A stretch of DNA of 64,000 nt, taken from NCBI GenBank assembly GCA_043826455.1, contig JBDRQD010000030.1, positions 38,881 through 102,880 of the forward strand, given 5' to 3'. The notes beneath the pieces were generated by a model. It was not told where the DNA came from and searched no databases. It saw only the letters and a list, made by a program, of their open reading frames with translations. The stretch is from Candidatus Bathyarchaeota archaeon (GTDB taxonomy: Archaea > Thermoproteota > Bathyarchaeia > TCS64). The translations under genes and the position numbers were made by a program. Shown here in pieces: positions 59,479 to 64,000 of this stretch. Each line of letters begins with the position of its first letter. Within the stretch, counting starts at the first letter, position 1.

Positions 59479-62475
59479 ATGATTAGCCCGGGAAAACAGA
59501 GGTCACTGATATTACTGTTTTCCCCCGCAGTAATCATGCTTTCAATCACGTTTCTAGCATACAGTAACTGGTTTCCTGAGTCCCTCGGTTTCAAATGGCT
59601 GATCCTATTAACCATCTTGAACATACCTGGCCTATACCTTTCGAACATGATGAAGGAGGAGCTGGGCCTTGACCTTGACGAGTTTCTCATGCTGAACCTG
59701 ATGATCAGCTCAATGGTCTCAGTTTTCACCTACATGTACCTGTCTTATGCAGTTCCTCAAGTCTCCCGGATTCACGTTTTCACAGCTCTGACTCTGCTCG
59801 TCCTTTTGCAGGGAGTTGTCTTTCACATGAGACGCTGGAGGTTTACCTTCTATCGCGATCTACCTGTGCTCAAGGTTCTTCAATGCGAGATAGCCGTCAT
59901 AACCAGTTGCCTAGTGAGCTCTGCCTTGGTCTTAAAGCGGTTCACACCCGAGTTATGGATTGGAAATGACCCCTGGGAGACGGCCATTGTTTGTAGGAAC
60001 ATAATTAAGTTGGGGCTTTCTCCGACGGAGGCTCTCAGTTACTATGAGACTTTTCTCACGATGAGCCACCCTGTGTTCTACTACCTTGTGTCTCTCGTGT
60101 CCCTGGTGTGTGAGGTTGATGTCGATCTCATTGTCAGGTCTGGTCCCCTGGTTTTTGCTGCGGTCTGTGGAACACTGACGTACTTAGCCGTGAAGCGGGT
60201 AGTGAACCCTGCGGCTGGTTTGGTTGCCCCTGTTTTCCTTTTCTTGAACCCCTTTTTCAACTTCAGGTTCAGCATGCTGCTCAGGGAAAACCTTAGTATA
60301 ATGATCCTTGTGTTGTCCTTCACCCTTCTGCATGCGAGGAGGCGCGCTGATTACAGGATTTTACCGGGTTTCGTTATAGTTAATGGGCTGCTTCTTGCCG
60401 CAATCACGATCACTCATCCTTTTACCGTTCTTTTTCTTCTGGGGATAATGGTGGTGTATATTTACATTGATCATGTCAATAATGGGATCATATTTTTTAA
60501 AGAGGCAGTTATTTCATCCATTTTATGTATTGTGCTTATTATTCCAAACATAATTCCTATGTATATTCCTGTTAACTATTTTTTAATTAACAACAGATCG
60601 TCTATTGACGCCATGATAATCATTTCTGTGAGCGTATTCATCGCATCTGTACTTACATTTGTTTACATAAATAAAATATGGAGACTCGTTAATACTTTGG
60701 ATGTTAAATGGGTTAGAGGAGTATATGTGGGTGTTATTTTGTTGCTCTTTTCTTACATTATTTTTAAGCCGACGATTCTGAGCAACTACATGTATGAGTA
60801 CATTAGGTTAAACATGTTCTCTACGATAGTTATCGTCCTCGGTGTGCTTGGCTTCATATTTGAGCCGTCTTCAACGAGAAACGTTATGGTAAGCTCTATG
60901 ACTGTTTCTGTTTCACTTCTTGTGTGCGTGTACCTCCTTGGAGTTGCGGTCCCCCTTGACCGCACAGCCGTCTACACAGCCTGGATTCTGTCATACTACG
61001 CGTCACTCTACTTCTCAAAGCTCTTAGATCCCTTCACGCTTAGACTGGTCAGCGTGCCCCATAATCTACGTGATGTTGCAGGTTTGCTGAAGAACTCTCA
61101 GCAATACCTTGTACTGCTGTTTCTATTATCAACCGTTGTCTACTGGGAGGCCTCAGCTCTACGCCCGAGCTTCACGGAGTTCTCATCCGCTGACATAGAT
61201 TCAGCTCGGTTATTCGTCTCCTCTCTTGAGAAAGGGGACTTGGTCATTCCCATAAAAACAAATTATATCATACAGTATGTTGACGTTCCAAGAGACTACG
61301 TCGTCACCACCCACGCTGAAAGGGAGTGGATGTGGAGGATATGTGGTGCGGATACACCTGATCAACTGTTCGTGGATGCACCTGAGCGATTTGCGGGTGT
61401 AAAACGCCTAAAGTTCTGTCTCCTGTTCAATGACTTATTTGGGTCAAGGAGCCTCAAGCCCTCGAAAGAGTTTCTAGAAGAATACGGTGGCTTCAACTTT
61501 TACGGGTCTTTGATCGTGTTCACGGTCGATGTGCCCTACGATGAGACCGGGAGGCCTTTGAATAGAGTAAAATATGTCAGCGGAGTCTCTGATGAGTCGA
61601 TCCTGTCCGGAGGATCGCCTGATGATCTGGGGGTCTTCGTCACTGGTGTGAGTAACATCGTCGTTGATCCCTCGCAGGGCATGAACCGATACAGGTTATA
61701 TTATGTCGGTGAGGATAGGTCTGGGATTATGGGAATATGGTGCGCACTGTCAAGCGATGGTTTAACCTGGGAGAGGCGTCCCGAACCGGTCATTTTAGGT
61801 GAGTACAGCGAGCCGTTCGTCATGGTGGACAACGGCGCCTTCCGCCTTTTCTGCGATGACACCGCCTCCAACGAGGTGATAAGCCTCAGCAGCCAGGACG
61901 GGGTCCACTGGTCCGGCAAGACGGTGATCGCAGCTAACCAGGATGCCTCAAACCTTTTCTGGAGAGCCTCGTCCCCAGTGGTCTGGGCTGAAGGCGGCTC
62001 GTATCACATAATATACGAGGAGACAACGGTTTCTGAGCAGGGGTCCAACGTATCTCTAGTTCAGTTAACATCAGAAGACTGTAGTAGCTGGACGGTTCAA
62101 AACAGGCCCCTTCGACTATGGGCGGTCGACTACTCTTTCTGGACCGTAAAGTTGGACCGTGTACTAATCGATGACGTCGTCGTAACCGATGAAGGGACCA
62201 TATTCGTTGTCAGGGCTCTGAGGAGCACCTTCAGTAATAAAACTTGGGTGACGGGTACCCTGTTCATGAAGCCAGGGCGCCCCGATCAATCATATTTCCA
62301 GGAGATCGAGTTGATGAATTTCCCCGCAAAGTCAGGCACCGTCGACGCTGTCCACGTGTTATTGGACTCAGGCACGGGTGCACCCATCTTCTACGTTTAC
62401 GAACAGGAACTCGGCAATAATTCAGGAGCAGGTCTGTACATCGGCCATCCGATTGCTGCTCCTATGATCCATTGA
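59479..62475 (+). CDS. Multi-pass membrane protein (GT-C-like) fused to a C-terminal beta-propeller glycoside-hydrolase-like domain
   Basis: Many TM helices, loop motif GNDPW; C-terminal SSDGLTW / SQDGVHW / SEDCSSW repeats. Confidence 0.6.
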   Translation: MISPGKQRSLILLFSPAVIMLSITFLAYSNWFPESLGFKWLILLTILNIPGLYLSNMMKEELGLDLDEFLMLNLMISSMVSVFTYMYLSYAVPQVSRIHVFTALTLLVLLQGVVFHMRRWRFTFYRDLPVLKVLQCEIAVITSCLVSSALVLKRFTPELWIGNDPWETAIVCRNIIKLGLSPTEALSYYETFLTMSHPVFYYLVSLVSLVCEVDVDLIVRSGPLVFAAVCGTLTYLAVKRVVNPAAGLVAPVFLFLNPFFNFRFSMLLRENLSIMILVLSFTLLHARRRADYRILPGFVIVNGLLLAAITITHPFTVLFLLGIMVVYIYIDHVNNGIIFFKEAVISSILCIVLIIPNIIPMYIPVNYFLINNRSSIDAMIIISVSVFIASVLTFVYINKIWRLVNTLDVKWVRGVYVGVILLLFSYIIFKPTILSNYMYEYIRLNMFSTIVIVLGVLGFIFEPSSTRNVMVSSMTVSVSLLVCVYLLGVAVPLDRTAVYTAWILSYYASLYFSKLLDPFTLRLVSVPHNLRDVAGLLKNSQQYLVLLFLLSTVVYWEASALRPSFTEFSSADIDSARLFVSSLEKGDLVIPIKTNYIIQYVDVPRDYVVTTHAEREWMWRICGADTPDQLFVDAPERFAGVKRLKFCLLFNDLFGSRSLKPSKEFLEEYGGFNFYGSLIVFTVDVPYDETGRPLNRVKYVSGVSDESILSGGSPDDLGVFVTGVSNIVVDPSQGMNRYRLYYVGEDRSGIMGIWCALSSDGLTWERRPEPVILGEYSEPFVMVDNGAFRLFCDDTASNEVISLSSQDGVHWSGKTVIAANQDASNLFWRASSPVVWAEGGSYHIIYEETTVSEQGSNVSLVQLTSEDCSSWTVQNRPLRLWAVDYSFWTVKLDRVLIDDVVVTDEGTIFVVRALRSTFSNKTWVTGTLFMKPGRPDQSYFQEIELMNFPAKSGTVDAVHVLLDSGTGAPIFYVYEQELGNNSGAGLYIGHPIAAPMIH

Positions 62476-62537
62476 TCTGCCAGAAAGTAACGCGGGTTCT
62501 CTGAGTGTGATTTGAAATACAAACAACCATTCATACA

Positions 62538-63440
62538 ATGAAAAGTGGAACCCTATTCCATATGAGTAGCACTCTAGCCGAGGCCTACCAGCAGGTAAGA
62601 AAAACAAACCCCTTCCCCGGGCAGATGGATAGGAAGCTGGATAAGTACTCCGAGATCGTATCCGAGGTCAGAGGAGTCGCTGTGCCCGGGTCTGAAATAC
62701 TATCCATAGGGGCGGGCGTGTGTGAAGTAGAGGCTATTCTATCCGTATTAGGCTATCATGTGACCGCCGTCGACGATCTGAGCGACATCTGGCACTTTCT
62801 AGGCCGAAACAGGGAGAGGATCATGAGCTTCGCTGAGAGCCACGGGGTCAAGCTCATCATTAAGCCCTTCGAGGAGGCGGGGCTTCAACAACAGTTCGAT
62901 GTTGTCATTCTGATAGATGTCCTCGAGCACATATTGTTCAGCCCCAGGGAGCTGCTGAACAAGGTGCTGGAGTGCCTTAAACCGGGGGGCGCTTTACTGG
63001 TTGAGACGCCTAACGCCGCCAGGCTCTACTACCGGTTGAGGCAGCTTCTTGGTAAGCCTAACTACATAGACTTAGAGGGTTTCTACTGGAGCGTCGGGCC
63101 GTACAGGTATCACTTGAAAGAGTACACGGCGGACGAGCTCAAGACCATGATGAGACTTCAAGGGCTGAAGGACGTACGTGTACGCTCTTACAACGTTGCC
63201 ACGAAGCTAGTTGACCCGGAGGACGGCCTCCATAGGGTGGCCCTGAAACTGTATGATCTGGTCTCGGGGGCGTGTTCCGGTTTCAGAGACACATTGATGA
63301 CCTCGGGAGTGAAACCAGAGGGCTGGAAGCCAGTTGAGGCGGACTTGGAGAAGATCATCCGGTATAGACCAGAGTTGATGAGCTACAATCTTGACAACCA
63401 GCCGCTGCATGAACTCGTGGAAGCCCGTGGGATGGGTTAA
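62538..63440 (+). CDS. Class I SAM-dependent methyltransferase
   Basis: ILSIGAG, DVLEH, LKPGG and ETPN motifs. Confidence 0.85.
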   Translation: MKSGTLFHMSSTLAEAYQQVRKTNPFPGQMDRKLDKYSEIVSEVRGVAVPGSEILSIGAGVCEVEAILSVLGYHVTAVDDLSDIWHFLGRNRERIMSFAESHGVKLIIKPFEEAGLQQQFDVVILIDVLEHILFSPRELLNKVLECLKPGGALLVETPNAARLYYRLRQLLGKPNYIDLEGFYWSVGPYRYHLKEYTADELKTMMRLQGLKDVRVRSYNVATKLVDPEDGLHRVALKLYDLVSGACSGFRDTLMTSGVKPEGWKPVEADLEKIIRYRPELMSYNLDNQPLHELVEARGMG

Positions 63441-63443
63441 CGC

Positions 63444-64000
63444 ATGAGTGCCCATGAAGGAGAAACCCCCATCCGGTTCGGCGTCATGGCTGACGACCAC
63501 AGTGTCAGCGATTGGCAGATGCTGTGCATCGAGGAGCTGATGAAGCTGGATGACGTAGAGCTGACCCTTCTCATCGTCAACTCCTCGGAGAAAAACGTCA
63601 CTCTCAGCCGCATCCTTAAGGCCGGGCTTGACACGGCGACACTTGAGGCGTATTACCGAATAGCCGGGTTCAAGGCAGGCAAGCAAAGAGAGCTAAACCT
63701 CCACGGCGAGGTGCCGACCCTTGAATGCGGCGTGGTGACCAAGAGAAAGTTCTCCCAATATTTTCTCGACGAAGACATCTCCAAGATAAGATCATACGGC
63801 CTCGACTTCATCCTCAGGTTCGGCTTCGGGATCATACGCGGCGACGTCCTGAGCGCGGCTAGGTACGGCGTCTGGTCCTACCACCACGGCGACGAAGAAA
63901 AGTACAGGGGCGGCCCACCCGGGTACTGGGAGATATACAAGGGAGATCCAGTCAACGGCGTCATACTCCAGAGGTTGACCAACCGCCTCGACGGCGGCGT
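63444..64000 (+). CDS. Formyltransferase family protein, partial (runs off the window end)
   Basis: Manual translation ...LDFILRFGFGIIRGDVL..YGVWSYHHGDEEKYRGGPPG..LQRLTNRLDGG. Confidence 0.8.
   Translation, partial: MSAHEGETPIRFGVMADDHSVSDWQMLCIEELMKLDDVELTLLIVNSSEKNVTLSRILKAGLDTATLEAYYRIAGFKAGKQRELNLHGEVPTLECGVVTKRKFSQYFLDEDISKIRSYGLDFILRFGFGIIRGDVLSAARYGVWSYHHGDEEKYRGGPPGYWEIYKGDPVNGVILQRLTNRLDGG

Overview
Archaeal chromosomal DNA, most likely Bathyarchaeia. This is inferred from the pyrrolysine-free MtmB paralogs, the Ig-domain S-layer-type protein with a coiled-coil/TM tail, and archaeal TA and HTH families. The window has four blocks. (1) 1-9.1 kb: a corrinoid methyltransferase cluster with three non-pyrrolysine MtmB homologs, a corrinoid protein, a RamA/RACo-type activator and an M19 dipeptidase, followed by a GT4 and a PPC-domain gene. 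(2) 9.1-39.5 kb: a variable cell-surface island with an S-layer gene, a flippase, epimerases, wecB, about nine intact toxin-antitoxin pairs and many gene fragments, but no recognisable integrase or transposase. It carries several unexplained non-coding signals: six exact copies of the palindrome TATTGGTACCAATA at module borders, a three-copy ~250-bp repeat, a duplicated S-layer 3' end enclosing a RelBE pair, an ~11-bp-period tandem array and an IS200/IS605-like hairpin. (3) 39.6-49.4 kb: a catabolic cluster with a class III CoA-transferase, a CitE-like lyase, an atypical glycyl radical enzyme with its activase, a ThDP enzyme and two PLP enzymes. (4) 49.5-64 kb: surface proteins and a glycosylation locus. 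I saw no rRNA, tRNA or CRISPR array. All calls come from reading motifs by eye; no database search was run.
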